DNA of 64,000 nt from Candidatus Omnitrophota bacterium. GTDB lineage: Bacteria > Omnitrophota > Gorgyraeia > VGKH01. The notes beneath the pieces were generated by a model. That model did not search any database, was not told the DNA's origin, and saw only the letters and a list, made by a program, of their open reading frames with translations. The number at the start of each line of letters is the position of its first letter. Position 1 is the stretch's first letter. Position numbers and translations under genes: made by a program. Location of the stretch: assembly GCA_022703055.1 (NCBI GenBank), contig JAKLEP010000003.1, forward strand, positions 22,238 through 86,237. The letters run 5' to 3'. This document shows, one piece after another, positions 29,236 through 39,458 of this stretch.

Positions 29236-30163
29236 TGAAATCCTTTTCCATGGAAACGTATTTTTCCCATCCGTCGGGGAAAATGACGACTACAGTTTTA
29301 CCTTTGCCTAATGTTTGAGAGATTTTTAAAGCTGCCCACATTGCCGCGCCTGATGAAATACCAGCAGAGACTCCTTCTTCTTTGTTGAGCGCTTTGGCGG
29401 TTTTAAAAGCATCATTGTCATCTACAGTAATAATTTGGTCAATCACTTTACGATTCAGTATCTCAGGGATAAATCCTGCGCCGATACCTTGAATTTTGTG
29501 TGGGCCGGCAGTGCCTCCGGAAAGCACCGGGCTTTTAGCCGGTTCAACAGCCACGATCTTTATATTGGGATTGGATTTCTTTAAAACCTCTCCCACACCC
29601 GTGATAGTCCCTCCTGTTCCCACACCAGCCACAAAGGCGTCAATTTTTCCTTCTGTCGCATCAATAATCTCTTTGGCTGTTGTCTTGCGATGGATTTCTG
29701 GGTTAGCTTCATTTGTGAACTGCTGTGGCATAAAACTGTTTGGCGTATTCTTCGACAATTCTTCAGCTTTTTTAATTGCCCCTGGCATTCTTTCTGGTGC
29801 AGGCGTGAGTACCAGCTCTGCGCCATAAGATTTAAGTATTTGTTTTCTTTCCTCGCTCATATTTTCAGGCATGGTTAAAATGACCTTATATCCTTTTGCC
29901 GCGGCGACTAATGCCAAGCCGATACCGGTATTCCCGCTGGTTGGCTCAATAATCGTGGCTCCTGGTTTTAACCTGCCTTTTTTCTCGGCGTCATCAATCA
30001 TAGCAAGTGCAATTCTGTCCTTTACGCTTCCCCCGGGATTAAAGGATTCCAGTTTAGCCAAGATTCTAGCCGCATTCGGTTGGTTCAGCTTTTTTATTTC
30101 CACCAAAGGAGTATTCCCTATCGAATTCAAAATATTTTTCGGTGTTTTTGATGCTTGCGACAT
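29228..30163 (-). CDS. cysK: Cysteine synthase (O-acetylserine sulfhydrylase)
   Basis: The PLP-lysine motif is NPGGSVKDR. The protein also has [10 protein letters not shown] and [10 protein letters not shown]. Confidence 0.9.
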   Translation of the reverse strand: MSQASKTPKNILNSIGNTPLVEIKKLNQPNAARILAKLESFNPGGSVKDRIALAMIDDAEKKGRLKPGATIIEPTSGNTGIGLALVAAAKGYKVILTMPENMSEERKQILKSYGAELVLTPAPERMPGAIKKAEELSKNTPNSFMPQQFTNEANPEIHRKTTAKEIIDATEGKIDAFVAGVGTGGTITGVGEVLKKSNPNIKIVAVEPAKSPVLSGGTAGPHKIQGIGAGFIPEILNRKVIDQIITVDDNDAFKTAKALNKEEGVSAGISSGAAMWAALKISQTLGKGKTVVVIFPDGWEKYVSMEKDFNV

Positions 30164-30210
30164 CTATCCTCCAAATGAATAACTAATATTACAGCAAGCC
30201 CGACCTTTTA

Positions 30211-31170
30211 TCAAGGCTTTTTATTTATCGGAAAATGACAGGCAACAAAATGTCCGGGGGAGAGTTCTTTCAGAGGTGGTTCTTGCTGTTTGCAAATATG
30301 CTGTCGTAAATTACAGCGTGGATAAAAACAGCATCCGCCAAAAGAATCAGTTGAAGCAGAAATTTCTTTTTTAACCTCAGCTTTAAATTTTATTGCGGCG
30401 GTCAATAAAAGATCAGTATAAGGATGAAGCGGATTGTTAAACAGTTCTTCAGTAGATGCCTTTTCTACGATTTTGCCCAGGTACATGACCGCGACCTGGC
30501 TACAGATTTTTCTTATGATGCGTAAATTATGCGAAATAAAAAGATAAGTCAAGCCAAGTCGTTTTTGCAAGTCTTTGAGCAATTCCAGGATCTGGGCCTG
30601 GACAATAACATCGAGACTTGAAACCGCCTCATCGAGAATTAAAAGCTCGGGGTTAGAGACCAAGCTTCTGGCTATGGCGATGCGTTGCCTTTCCCCTCCG
30701 GAGAATTCATAAGGATAGCGGCCCAGGCTATCCTTTGGCAGTATCACAGTAGCTATTAATTCTTCTATCCTTGATTCAATCTTGTTTTTATCCCAGTCAG
30801 GAAAAAAGATAAAGGCTTCTTTAATTATATTTCTGACGGTGAATCTTGGGTCAAGGCTGCTGAAAGGGTCTTGGAAAACAATTTGTAGGTTTTTTCGAAT
30901 GCTGCGCATTCTTCTATTAGATAAAGCTGTAATATCATTACTGCGAAAGATTATTCTGCCAGAGTCAGCTTCGATTAATTTGAGGATTACTCTGGCTAGG
31001 GTCGTCTTTCCGCATCCGGATTCACCGACGAGGCCGAGATTTTCTCCTTTTCTTATCGACAAATCAACGTTATCAACCGCCCTGACAAATCCTGCCGAAC
31101 GCTTCAAGAACCCTCTTTTTATGGGGTAATGTTTCTTTATGTTCTTTAATTCCAGTATCGTCTCTTGCAT
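30211..31170 (-). CDS. oppF: Oligopeptide/dipeptide ABC transporter ATP-binding protein (OppF/DppF-like)
   Basis: The Walker A motif is GESGCGKTT, the signature is FSGGERQR, and the Walker B is LILDEAVSSLD. The C-terminal Cys-rich extension is CCFYPRC...C...C. Confidence 0.85.
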   Translation of the reverse strand: MQETILELKNIKKHYPIKRGFLKRSAGFVRAVDNVDLSIRKGENLGLVGESGCGKTTLARVILKLIEADSGRIIFRSNDITALSNRRMRSIRKNLQIVFQDPFSSLDPRFTVRNIIKEAFIFFPDWDKNKIESRIEELIATVILPKDSLGRYPYEFSGGERQRIAIARSLVSNPELLILDEAVSSLDVIVQAQILELLKDLQKRLGLTYLFISHNLRIIRKICSQVAVMYLGKIVEKASTEELFNNPLHPYTDLLLTAAIKFKAEVKKEISASTDSFGGCCFYPRCNLRQHICKQQEPPLKELSPGHFVACHFPINKKP

Positions 31171-31953
31171 TTAGACACCCACTGCCTCAATTAATTTCTT
31201 TGTATATGAATCCGTAGGATTACTGATAATGTTCTTAGGGTTTCCTTCCTCAACTATTTTTCCATCATGAATGATTGCGACTCGGTCAGCCAGCTCTGAA
31301 ACAACAGCGATATCATGGGTTATAAGTAGAATTGAAAGATTTAAGCGCTGTTTTAATTCTTTAAAAAGCTCTAAAATCTGAGCCTGAAGTGTTACATCTA
31401 AATTACTGGTTGGCTCGTCGGCGATAATCAGCTTGGGACTAGCGGCAATCGCCTGAGCAATCATTACTCTCTGCCTTAGTCCGCCGCTAAGTTGATGAGG
31501 ATAATCATCGATAATTTTTTCCGCTTGGCTGATACCAACCTGCCTAAAGAGTTCGATTGTCCGGCTTTTGTAGTTTTGCTTTATTTCAGTATGAAGTTTT
31601 AAGACTTCAGCAATTTGAAATCCTATAGTGAAAAGCGGATTAAGGCTGGTTAATGGCTCTTGAAAAACCATAGAAATTTCTTTTCCTCTTATCGTGCGCA
31701 TCTGGTTTTCCGAAAGCTCAAAGATATCTTTACCTTGCCAGAATATTTTTCCTCCTGCAATAGTCGCCTGTGGTGGCTGCAATCTTAGGATTGTCAGGCC
31801 AGTGATGGTTTTGCCGCAGCCCGATCCTCCGACCAAAGCCAAAATTTCCGATTCGCTAACTGTTAAGTTTAATCCATCTACGACTCTGTTTGTTCCCGAC
31901 TCAGCAGGAAAATAAATTCTTAGGTTTTCTATTTGTAAAATATCCCTACTCAT
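31171..31953 (-). CDS. oppD: Oligopeptide/dipeptide ABC transporter ATP-binding protein (OppD/DppD-like, short form)
   Basis: The Walker A motif is GGSGCGKT, the signature is LSGGLRQR, and the Walker B is IIADEPTSNLD. At 260 aa it lacks the usual C-terminal extension. Confidence 0.85.
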   Translation of the reverse strand: MSRDILQIENLRIYFPAESGTNRVVDGLNLTVSESEILALVGGSGCGKTITGLTILRLQPPQATIAGGKIFWQGKDIFELSENQMRTIRGKEISMVFQEPLTSLNPLFTIGFQIAEVLKLHTEIKQNYKSRTIELFRQVGISQAEKIIDDYPHQLSGGLRQRVMIAQAIAASPKLIIADEPTSNLDVTLQAQILELFKELKQRLNLSILLITHDIAVVSELADRVAIIHDGKIVEEGNPKNIISNPTDSYTKKLIEAVGV

Positions 31954-33061
31954 TTTTTAAGCCTTCTTCTTTTAGCATCGGGTCCAGCGCGTCCCTTAAG
32001 CCATCGCCAAGCACATTAAAAGCAATAACCGTAATAAATATGAACAACCCGGGAAGCAAAATCCAGGGATAAAATTTTATCTGCATAATTCCCATCGCTT
32101 CGGATAAAAGATTTCCCCAGCTGGCGTGTGGATCTTGGATACCCAAACCGATAAGGCTTAAGCCTGATTCCCCGAGGATAAATCCCGGGATAGACATGCT
32201 GGCTGCCACAATCGTATAAGACATCGTATGCGGCAGGATATGCCTTAAGATAATCTTTAAATCAGAGATGCCCAGGGATTTTGCAGCCAGGACATATTCC
32301 CTTTCTCTTAATGATATGCTCATGCCCCGGATAACTCTCGCCATACCCGCCCAGCCGATAAAAGAAAAAATTAAAACGATTAAAATATAGACTTGGAGAG
32401 AATTCAGGTTTGGCGGGAAAGCGGCTCTCAATGCCAACATTAAATAGAATCCGGGGATCATCATTATCATTTCGCAAGCCCGCATAATTAGATTATCGAT
32501 TTTTCCTCCGTAATATCCAGAGATGCCGCCGACAATGAGCCCGATGAAAAATGAAATCAATACACCCAGAAATCCTATGGATAAAGATACTCTTGAGCCG
32601 TAGAATACCCTACTAAACAAGTCTCTTCCTCTGTAATCAGCGCCCCACAAAAATATTCTTGCTTTAGAATCAACGCCAAAAAGATGAATTGAAGCTGGGA
32701 TAAAACCTAAAAATCGGTATTTATCTCCGCGAACGAAGAATTTCAAAGGATAAATTTCTTTTTTATCTTCAGAGTAAATCCTTCTTTTGTACTCGTCGAA
32801 AGAGGACGACATGCCATAAATAAATGGACATCCCAGTTTTCCCGAAGGCGAAATAAAATGGATTTTTGTCGGCGGAGCGTATGAATAGTCCCTTGCCTCG
32901 TTATCGTAAGAATACGGGGAGATAAAATCAGCGAATATAGCCCCCAGATAAAGCAATACTATAATCCAGAGGCAAATTAAGGCCAAAGAGTTTTTCTTGA
33001 GTCTTTGGATTGATAGCCAGAATTCGCTTTTTGATTTATTTATTCCTATATTATTATTCAT
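31946..33061 (-). CDS. oppC: ABC transporter permease (OppC/DppC-like)
   Basis: This multi-TM protein carries an EAA-loop region (AAKSLGISDLKIILRHILP). Confidence 0.85.
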   Translation of the reverse strand: MNNNIGINKSKSEFWLSIQRLKKNSLALICLWIIVLLYLGAIFADFISPYSYDNEARDYSYAPPTKIHFISPSGKLGCPFIYGMSSSFDEYKRRIYSEDKKEIYPLKFFVRGDKYRFLGFIPASIHLFGVDSKARIFLWGADYRGRDLFSRVFYGSRVSLSIGFLGVLISFFIGLIVGGISGYYGGKIDNLIMRACEMIMMIPGFYLMLALRAAFPPNLNSLQVYILIVLIFSFIGWAGMARVIRGMSISLREREYVLAAKSLGISDLKIILRHILPHTMSYTIVAASMSIPGFILGESGLSLIGLGIQDPHASWGNLLSEAMGIMQIKFYPWILLPGLFIFITVIAFNVLGDGLRDALDPMLKEEGLKNE

Positions 33062-34019
33062 AGCGTATGCGTGGATCTGCCCACGCCAGTAAAATATCGG
33101 AGACTAAATTTCCTGCCAATAAAAGGATTCCTCCCATCATCATGCTCGCCATAACTAGATAAATATCCTGCGCCCTTACCGCGGCAAGTAAAAGCGAGCC
33201 TAAACCCGGCCAGCTGCAGATAATCTCGGTTAAAGCAGCACCACTTAAAAGTCCGGAGAATTCATATCCGAAAACAGTAATTAGAGGATTGATGGCGTTA
33301 CGAAGAGCATGAAAATAGATTACTTTGTTTTCCGGTAAGCCTTTGGCTCTGGCGGTCAGTATATACTGCTGCCTTAATACATCAAGTAGGCTGCCACGCA
33401 TTATTCTTTGTAAGCCGGCGAAAGCAGAGGCAGAAATTACTAAGGTAGGAATTATGATGTGTTTTGCGATATCGAATAACCTTTCTAAAGTATTCAGGGA
33501 ATCAAAATTTGCCGAACGCATTCCGCCAAGAGGCAGGATTCCTGTTTGGCTAGCGAAATAAAGCAATAGCAATGCAAAGAAAAAACTTGGGATAGATAAC
33601 CCCACAAATGAAATTAATGAGAAAAACCGATCCGCGAATCTGTTGCGTTTAACGGCAGCGATAATTCCCAGAGGTATGGCGATAATCCAGGTAAAAATAA
33701 GGCTTACTACCGATAGAAGCAGCGTATTTAACAATCTTCCGGCAATGATTTTCTTGACTGAGCAATTATAGAAAAATGAATATCCCAAATCGAATTTTAG
33801 TAGGTTTTTTAGCCAATAAAAATATTGCACAATGACCGGCTTGTCCAAATGATACAGAGATTCATAATGCTGGATGGTTTCTTCAGAGAATTGCGGATCA
33901 AGCTTCAAGCTATCGAAAAAGTTTCCCGGCGCCAGATTAATTGCTAAGAAAGTCACCAGCGACATGACTAAAAGTAGTGGAATAGCGACCAGGATTCTTC
34001 TTAAGATGTAATTTATCAT
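33054..34019 (-). CDS. oppB: ABC transporter permease (OppB/DppB-like)
   Basis: The N-terminus MINYILRRIL is typical of OppB. The EAA loop reads TARAKGLPENKVIYFHALRNA. Confidence 0.85.
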   Translation of the reverse strand: MINYILRRILVAIPLLLVMSLVTFLAINLAPGNFFDSLKLDPQFSEETIQHYESLYHLDKPVIVQYFYWLKNLLKFDLGYSFFYNCSVKKIIAGRLLNTLLLSVVSLIFTWIIAIPLGIIAAVKRNRFADRFFSLISFVGLSIPSFFFALLLLYFASQTGILPLGGMRSANFDSLNTLERLFDIAKHIIIPTLVISASAFAGLQRIMRGSLLDVLRQQYILTARAKGLPENKVIYFHALRNAINPLITVFGYEFSGLLSGAALTEIICSWPGLGSLLLAAVRAQDIYLVMASMMMGGILLLAGNLVSDILLAWADPRIRYE

Positions 34020-35782
34020 TTCCTACACTCTTTTTTTATGTAGATTTCTTCCAGATTGTGAAAGGCTCCCCCATAAGGAGTCGGCTTTAAATTCCCGAAT
34101 TTATTTCTTACCGCAAAAATCGATGCAGGTAAAACCGTATAAATAACAGGGAGTTCTTCTGAGATAATATATTGCCATTCATCATAAAGTACTTTTCTTT
34201 TTTTATCGTTTAGCTCTTGTACTCCTTGATTGAATATCCCATCCACCCTTTTCTCCCATTCGGTATCCGGCTTAGCCTGTTTTGGATGCCACATATGAAG
34301 TTGGCCCGATGAATCCCAAACATTCTTTCCGAAATGCGGCTCAATTCCTCCGGTTAAACCGATTATTATCGCATCCCAATCAAATGTAGAAGTGAGCTTG
34401 CTGACTAAGTTGTTAAATTCTAATGCCATGAAGTTAACCTTCATGCCTAAGTTTTGTAAGTCTTTCCTTATAATGCTTGCGATCTGGATGCGTTCAGTGC
34501 TTCCCGAATTCGTGAAAAGATTAAACTCTACCTTATTGCCGTCTTTATCCTCGATTATGCCGTCATTATTGCGATCGAAGAAACCGGCATTCTTTAGTAT
34601 TTCTTTTGCCTTGTCCAAGTCATAATTATATTTTGTGACATTAGGGTTGTAAAAATATCCGCTACTTTGACTCATCGATGAATTTTGTTCGTAGCCCAAA
34701 CCATTCATTAATATCTCGATGATTTTTTGCTTGTCTATTGCATGAGCAACCGCTTTACGGAAATCTATATTTAAAAACCATGAAAGTTTGTTTTTATCGA
34801 TATATGTTCTGCCGGTTTTAGGATTAATCGAGGTGTTTAAGTTAAACACCAGGAAATTACTGCCGAATGAGGCTCCCGTGTCGTAAATGGTAAAATTACC
34901 TGTTTTTTCCTGAGGCTTTAATAAAGGATAGTCGCTTCCTCTTAATCCGTAATAATCTATCTCGCCGTCTTGAAATTTCAGTAAGTCAGTATCCTGGCTC
35001 TGGACAATCAAATATATGATCTTTTCAATATACGGAAGCCTATCGTCGTCTTTTGAGACTCTCCAATAGCGCGGATTCTTTTCTAAGACGATTCTCTCGC
35101 CAGGAAAATATTCTTTGAGTTGATAAGGTCCGGTTCCGATTATGTCCTTGGGTGAGGTGTCAGTGCCCCAGGTAAAATTAAATTTATTTTGTTTAACGGC
35201 ATTCTCTAAGGCATGCTTAGGGAGGATCTCTTGCGACATGCTCCTTAAAAAAGGCGCAAATTTTACCGGCAAAATAAATTCAACAGTATAATCGTCTATT
35301 TTCTTCAGCTGGAATGTTTTACCTTCAATGGTAAAAATATCGCGGGAAGAGTTTGGGATATTAGGATTATAAATAAGCTCGTTAAAAGTAAAGATTACAT
35401 CATCAGCGGTGAATTTTTTGCCATCGGTCCAAAAAACATCATTTCTTAAACGAAAGACCCATGATAAACCGTCCTGCCGTATCTCCCAACTTTCTGCCAA
35501 ATTTGGTTCAATTTCTAAGGTTTCTCCGTTAGTGCGGGTAAGACCCTCAAAAATAATTCCGGTGATTGCGGTGGTCGATGTTTCTTTTGCTAGGACAGGA
35601 TTAAATGATCGCGGATCAGAAGTGGTGGCAAGGACAATCTGTCCGCCATATTTATCGGATTCGGCAAAGCCGCTAATACAGACAAAGATGAATAAAAAAA
35701 CTACCGCTACAAACGGTAGTTTTTTAAGATTATTAAGGAAAGTAAGATTATTGTTGTTTTGTTTCTTGTCCTGTTTTTTCAA
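34016..35782 (-). CDS. oppA: ABC transporter substrate-binding protein, family 5 (OppA/DppA-like)
   Basis: The 588 aa protein has an N-terminal signal or anchor helix. Its SBP_bac_5-like body includes NPVLAKETS...IFEGLTR and WTDGKKFTADDV. Confidence 0.85.
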   Translation of the reverse strand: MKKQDKKQNNNNLTFLNNLKKLPFVAVVFLFIFVCISGFAESDKYGGQIVLATTSDPRSFNPVLAKETSTTAITGIIFEGLTRTNGETLEIEPNLAESWEIRQDGLSWVFRLRNDVFWTDGKKFTADDVIFTFNELIYNPNIPNSSRDIFTIEGKTFQLKKIDDYTVEFILPVKFAPFLRSMSQEILPKHALENAVKQNKFNFTWGTDTSPKDIIGTGPYQLKEYFPGERIVLEKNPRYWRVSKDDDRLPYIEKIIYLIVQSQDTDLLKFQDGEIDYYGLRGSDYPLLKPQEKTGNFTIYDTGASFGSNFLVFNLNTSINPKTGRTYIDKNKLSWFLNIDFRKAVAHAIDKQKIIEILMNGLGYEQNSSMSQSSGYFYNPNVTKYNYDLDKAKEILKNAGFFDRNNDGIIEDKDGNKVEFNLFTNSGSTERIQIASIIRKDLQNLGMKVNFMALEFNNLVSKLTSTFDWDAIIIGLTGGIEPHFGKNVWDSSGQLHMWHPKQAKPDTEWEKRVDGIFNQGVQELNDKKRKVLYDEWQYIISEELPVIYTVLPASIFAVRNKFGNLKPTPYGGAFHNLEEIYIKKECRK

Positions 35783-36215
35783 TATCTTGCGGTATTGGTG
35801 GTGTTGGCGTTACGGTTACGGATTCTGGAGTTACTGTTGCTGCAGCCGGGACAACAGCCGCTTCTTGTGCTGGTTTGGTCGGTTCAGAGGCTTGTTTTGC
35901 TGTTTCGGTGGTTGTCTTGGTTTCTTCTTTGGGTATTGTTATAGTCCTTGGGGCCTGCTTGGAAGTTATTTCGTTCTGCAATAACGATTCGCCTCTTTTT
36001 TTAGAAAGATAAGACAGGCTTAAGCTTGTAATCAAGAAAATCACAGAAAGTATGACCGTTCCGCGAACAAGAAAAACGTTGGTTTTCGTTCCGAATATCG
36101 ATTCAACTCCCGAGAATGTTTCGGTTAATCCGCCACCGCGGCCAGATTGCATAAGTATGATGATTACTAATAAAATTCCGACTAAAACATGGATAATTAA
36201 GAGCGTGCCAAACAT
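35748..36215 (-). CDS. secG: Preprotein translocase subunit SecG with a long low-complexity C-terminal extension
   Basis: The N-terminal 75 aa carry the SecG signature (LLVIIILMQSGRGGGL...FG, plus a second TM). An extra tail of about 80 aa rich in T, P, E and A follows. Confidence 0.8.
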   Translation of the reverse strand: MFGTLLIIHVLVGILLVIIILMQSGRGGGLTETFSGVESIFGTKTNVFLVRGTVILSVIFLITSLSLSYLSKKRGESLLQNEITSKQAPRTITIPKEETKTTTETAKQASEPTKPAQEAAVVPAAATVTPESVTVTPTPPIPQDIEKTGQETKQQ

Positions 36216-36989
36216 TTAGTTTCCTTTCTTGGCTTGTGATGAGGTTTTTACGATTTTTGTAAAAGAGTCAATATCGAGGCTGGCCCCTCCGACTAAAGCG
36301 CCGTCAATATCTTTTTGATTAATTAAATCCTTGATATTATCTGCGGTGACGCTGCCGCCATACTGTATCCGTATTTTCTCGGCAGTATCATTATCGAATA
36401 TTTCCTTTAGTAGTTTCCTGATGAATTCATGAACCTCTTGGGCTTGCGCGGGCGTGGCATTTTTTCCTGTCCCAATTGCCCACACTGGTTCATAGGCGAT
36501 AACAAGCCTTGCAGGGTCAGTCAATGAAATGCTTCTTAAACATTCATGTACTTGGATTTTAATTACTTCAAAAGTTTCGTTTTTTTCTCTCTGCTCTAGC
36601 GTTTCGCCTACACAAACAATAGGGATTAAATCGTTTTTTAATAATGACGTTATTTTCTTATTTATTTCCGAGTTAGTTTCGTTAAAATATTTTCTTCTTT
36701 CGGAATGCCCAACGATAACATATTGGCAGCCGGCATCTTTAAGCATCGAGCACGATACTTCGCCGGTAAAAGCCCCTTTTTCCTGCCAATAGACATCTTG
36801 AGCGCCTAAAGCTATATTGGTTTCGGCTATAATCTCGTACACTTCACCTAAAGCCGTAAACGGCGGGCAAATCACGATTTCAACCGTATCTATTTCGTAT
36901 AGATTACGATTAAGACCATTAGCTAATTCAATAGCCTCGGAAATATTTTTGTTCATTTTCCAATTTCCAGCAATAATAATTTTTCTCAT
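36216..36989 (-). CDS. tpiA: Triosephosphate isomerase
   Basis: The motifs are IIAGNWKMN, VGHSERR and AYEPVWAIGTG. Confidence 0.95.
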   Translation of the reverse strand: MRKIIIAGNWKMNKNISEAIELANGLNRNLYEIDTVEIVICPPFTALGEVYEIIAETNIALGAQDVYWQEKGAFTGEVSCSMLKDAGCQYVIVGHSERRKYFNETNSEINKKITSLLKNDLIPIVCVGETLEQREKNETFEVIKIQVHECLRSISLTDPARLVIAYEPVWAIGTGKNATPAQAQEVHEFIRKLLKEIFDNDTAEKIRIQYGGSVTADNIKDLINQKDIDGALVGGASLDIDSFTKIVKTSSQAKKGN

Positions 36990-36990
36990 C

Positions 36991-38172
36991 TTATTTTTTG
37001 TCGGTTAATGCAGCTATGCCTGGCAAAACCTTTCCTTCCATGTATTCCAGTGAAGCCCCGCCTCCGGTTGAGATGTGTGTCATTTTGTTTTCTAATCCGA
37101 ATTTAGACATTGCTGCGGCAGTATCTCCTCCACCGATTATAGTCGTTGCTTTTAGCTTAGAAATGAATTCTCCGATAGATCTTGTACCGTTGGCAAAGGC
37201 GTCAATCTCGGAAATTCCTAAAGGGCCGTTCCAGCAGATAGTTTTAGCATCTTTTAGGGCATTCTCAAATATTTTGATGGTTTCATCTCCGATATCCACT
37301 GCGATAAAACCTTCTGGGATGTCTTTTACCTTTTTAACTTGACCGACAGGGTCGATACTGTCAGTGATAACGTGATCAACCGGTAATAATATTTTTACAT
37401 TTAATTTTTCGGCTTTGTCTATTAACTGCTTGGCAAGGTCCATCTTATCTGCCTCGAGCTTTGATTTTCCGATATTGATTCCGTTAGCTTTAAGAAACGT
37501 GTAAGCCATTCCTCCGCCAATCAGGATTGCTTGAGCTTTGGGAAGTAAATTCTCAATAACTCCGATTTTATCAGATACCTTAGCTCCTCCCAAGATAACT
37601 GCAAAGGGCCTAGCAGGAGATTCTAAAGTTTTACCGAGATAATTTATCTCTTTTTCTAACAAAAGTCCCGCTGCAGAAGGCAGGTATTTTGTTATTCCGG
37701 CTGTTGAGGCGTGCGCGCGATGAACAGTTCCGAAAGCGTCACTAACGTAAACATCGGCTAATTTTGCCAGGCTTTTAGCGAAATTATCATCGTTTTTTTC
37801 TTCTTCGGCGTGAAATCTTAAGTTCTCGAGCATTATAATTTTCTCGCCAGATGAATTGATTTTGCTTTCGACATCACTCCCTATGCAATCATCTAATTTT
37901 AAAACTTTTTGCCCCAGGAGCTTCTCTAGCCTTTTTGCAACAGGAGTCAGCCGTAGCTCTTCTTTTACTTTTCCGTCTGGCCTACCCAGATGGCTCATCA
38001 AGATTACTTTCTTGGGATTTTTATCCAGGATATACTTTATTGTTGGTATCGCTGCAGTGATTCTCGTATCATCGGTAATATTTAGGTTTTTATCTAAAGG
38101 GACATTAAAATCCACTCTAATAAGCACCTTTTTATTATTGAAATTACAATCTTTGATTGTTGTTTTATTCAT
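36991..38172 (-). CDS. pgk: Phosphoglycerate kinase
   Basis: The motifs are RVDFNVP, MSHLGRP, GGAKVSDKIGVI and STGGGASLE. Confidence 0.97.
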   Translation of the reverse strand: MNKTTIKDCNFNNKKVLIRVDFNVPLDKNLNITDDTRITAAIPTIKYILDKNPKKVILMSHLGRPDGKVKEELRLTPVAKRLEKLLGQKVLKLDDCIGSDVESKINSSGEKIIMLENLRFHAEEEKNDDNFAKSLAKLADVYVSDAFGTVHRAHASTAGITKYLPSAAGLLLEKEINYLGKTLESPARPFAVILGGAKVSDKIGVIENLLPKAQAILIGGGMAYTFLKANGINIGKSKLEADKMDLAKQLIDKAEKLNVKILLPVDHVITDSIDPVGQVKKVKDIPEGFIAVDIGDETIKIFENALKDAKTICWNGPLGISEIDAFANGTRSIGEFISKLKATTIIGGGDTAAAMSKFGLENKMTHISTGGGASLEYMEGKVLPGIAALTDKK

Positions 38173-38198
38173 GGCTTATCCTTTCATTAATATAGAGT

Positions 38199-38226
38199 AT
38201 TATATTTATATTTTTTTCTCAGTCAA
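38199..38226 (-). promoter_or_regulatory. Putative sigma70 promoter for pgk-tpiA-secG
   Basis: On the minus strand I read TTGACT (38221-38226), a 16 nt spacer, then a perfect TATAAT (38199-38204). The -10 element ends 26 nt upstream of the pgk ATG. Confidence 0.55.
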
Positions 38227-38237
38227 AGGAAAAAAAC

Positions 38238-39455
38238 TTAAATTTCAATAGGTCCATTTTTTGCTATAGCAATAGCTAATCCAATCATTATCCAGAAGAA
38301 ATCTGATAATTGCATCGAGTAAAAATGAGTATCAATGCTTGCATGAAGAAGATAAGCAAATAACCCGCAAGCGACCCCCAGTAATAAGAAATCCCTATTT
38401 TTAAGGACGTGTTTAAGAGTTGTTTTTAAAAAAACAGCTATGATTAATAGAAATGAGGCTAATCCTATCACTCCAATCTCTACAAGCATTTGCAAATAGC
38501 AATTATGTGCATAGGTGGGTAGTAGGCTCGGATTAATTTTAATATGCTCTGTCATAAAACTGCCTGGGCCATATCCTAGCCAAGGTCTATCTTTGAATAA
38601 TAAAAATGCGTAGTGCCATATCCCAAATCTTCCTGCATTCCAACCCGCTACGCTCGGTATCCTTTCTGATATCCAATACTTGGGTATAGTAACCTGTATA
38701 ATAAATAGGGTTGCTAAAATTAAGAGGATCCCTATTTCCAGAGTAATCCGTGGGAGTTTTTTTAGCTTAAGCTTCAGAAAACAAAAAGGTAAAATAAGGA
38801 TGCATGCCAATAAAGAAGCAGAACATCCGCCTTTGGATAAGGTCATGATTAAACAATAACCAAGAAGTATCGTTATAAAACCAAAAATTAGCCTATTTTT
38901 TTTGTCTTTGCCGCAAATTGACAAACATAAGGTTAACGGTAGCAAAACTCCAAGATAACCAGCAAAATTGTTGTAATGATTGAAAGAAGCGCTCATTTTG
39001 TAATCGTAATTATGCCCCCTAAATAAGTCAGCCCCAGTTATTTGCTGGTAAATGCCATCAAAACAAACACTGATAGCCGATAGAAGTAAAATTATCAAAA
39101 AAATCTTGATTCTTTTTTTCGTATTTAATGTAGTAACTATTGCAAAAAATAATAAAAACCACTCAGCATACTTTTTGATTAAGGTAATCAAGCTTGTTCG
39201 AAAATCAACAGCAAAGATTACCGATAAGCACAAGCATATAAAAAAAATAAATAATGGTATATCCAATTCAGTCTTGTGGAAGTTTTGGAGTTTTTTTGTT
39301 ATGAGTGTGGCGAAAAAACAGAGAATTGATAAACTAACAAAAATTTGAATGCTGGCTTTAGAAATTGGCAGAAAGAATATCAGGGCGCATAAGGAAAACA
39401 AAGTAGCCATATCAAAAGAATTATAAATTTTATTTATATCTATTTTAAATTCCAT
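38238..39455 (-). CDS. O-antigen ligase/polymerase family membrane protein (Wzy_C domain)
   Basis: This 405 aa polytopic protein carries the Wzy_C signature AHNCYLQMLVEIGVIGL. Confidence 0.75.
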   Translation of the reverse strand: MEFKIDINKIYNSFDMATLFSLCALIFFLPISKASIQIFVSLSILCFFATLITKKLQNFHKTELDIPLFIFFICLCLSVIFAVDFRTSLITLIKKYAEWFLLFFAIVTTLNTKKRIKIFLIILLLSAISVCFDGIYQQITGADLFRGHNYDYKMSASFNHYNNFAGYLGVLLPLTLCLSICGKDKKNRLIFGFITILLGYCLIMTLSKGGCSASLLACILILPFCFLKLKLKKLPRITLEIGILLILATLFIIQVTIPKYWISERIPSVAGWNAGRFGIWHYAFLLFKDRPWLGYGPGSFMTEHIKINPSLLPTYAHNCYLQMLVEIGVIGLASFLLIIAVFLKTTLKHVLKNRDFLLLGVACGLFAYLLHASIDTHFYSMQLSDFFWIMIGLAIAIAKNGPIEI

Positions 39456-39458
39456 TTT

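Noticed and set aside
35409-35984. Long plus-strand ORFs from the track. Examples are 35409-35984 (191 aa), 47823-48413 (196 aa), 57601-58086 (161 aa), 16283-16705 (140 aa), 19791-20204 (137 aa) and 6333-6746 (137 aa).
   Set aside because: Each lies antisense to, and within or overlapping, minus-strand genes with strong family motifs. Their translations are low-complexity (rich in S, L, F and P) with no recognisable motifs and no SD. I treat them as shadow ORFs.
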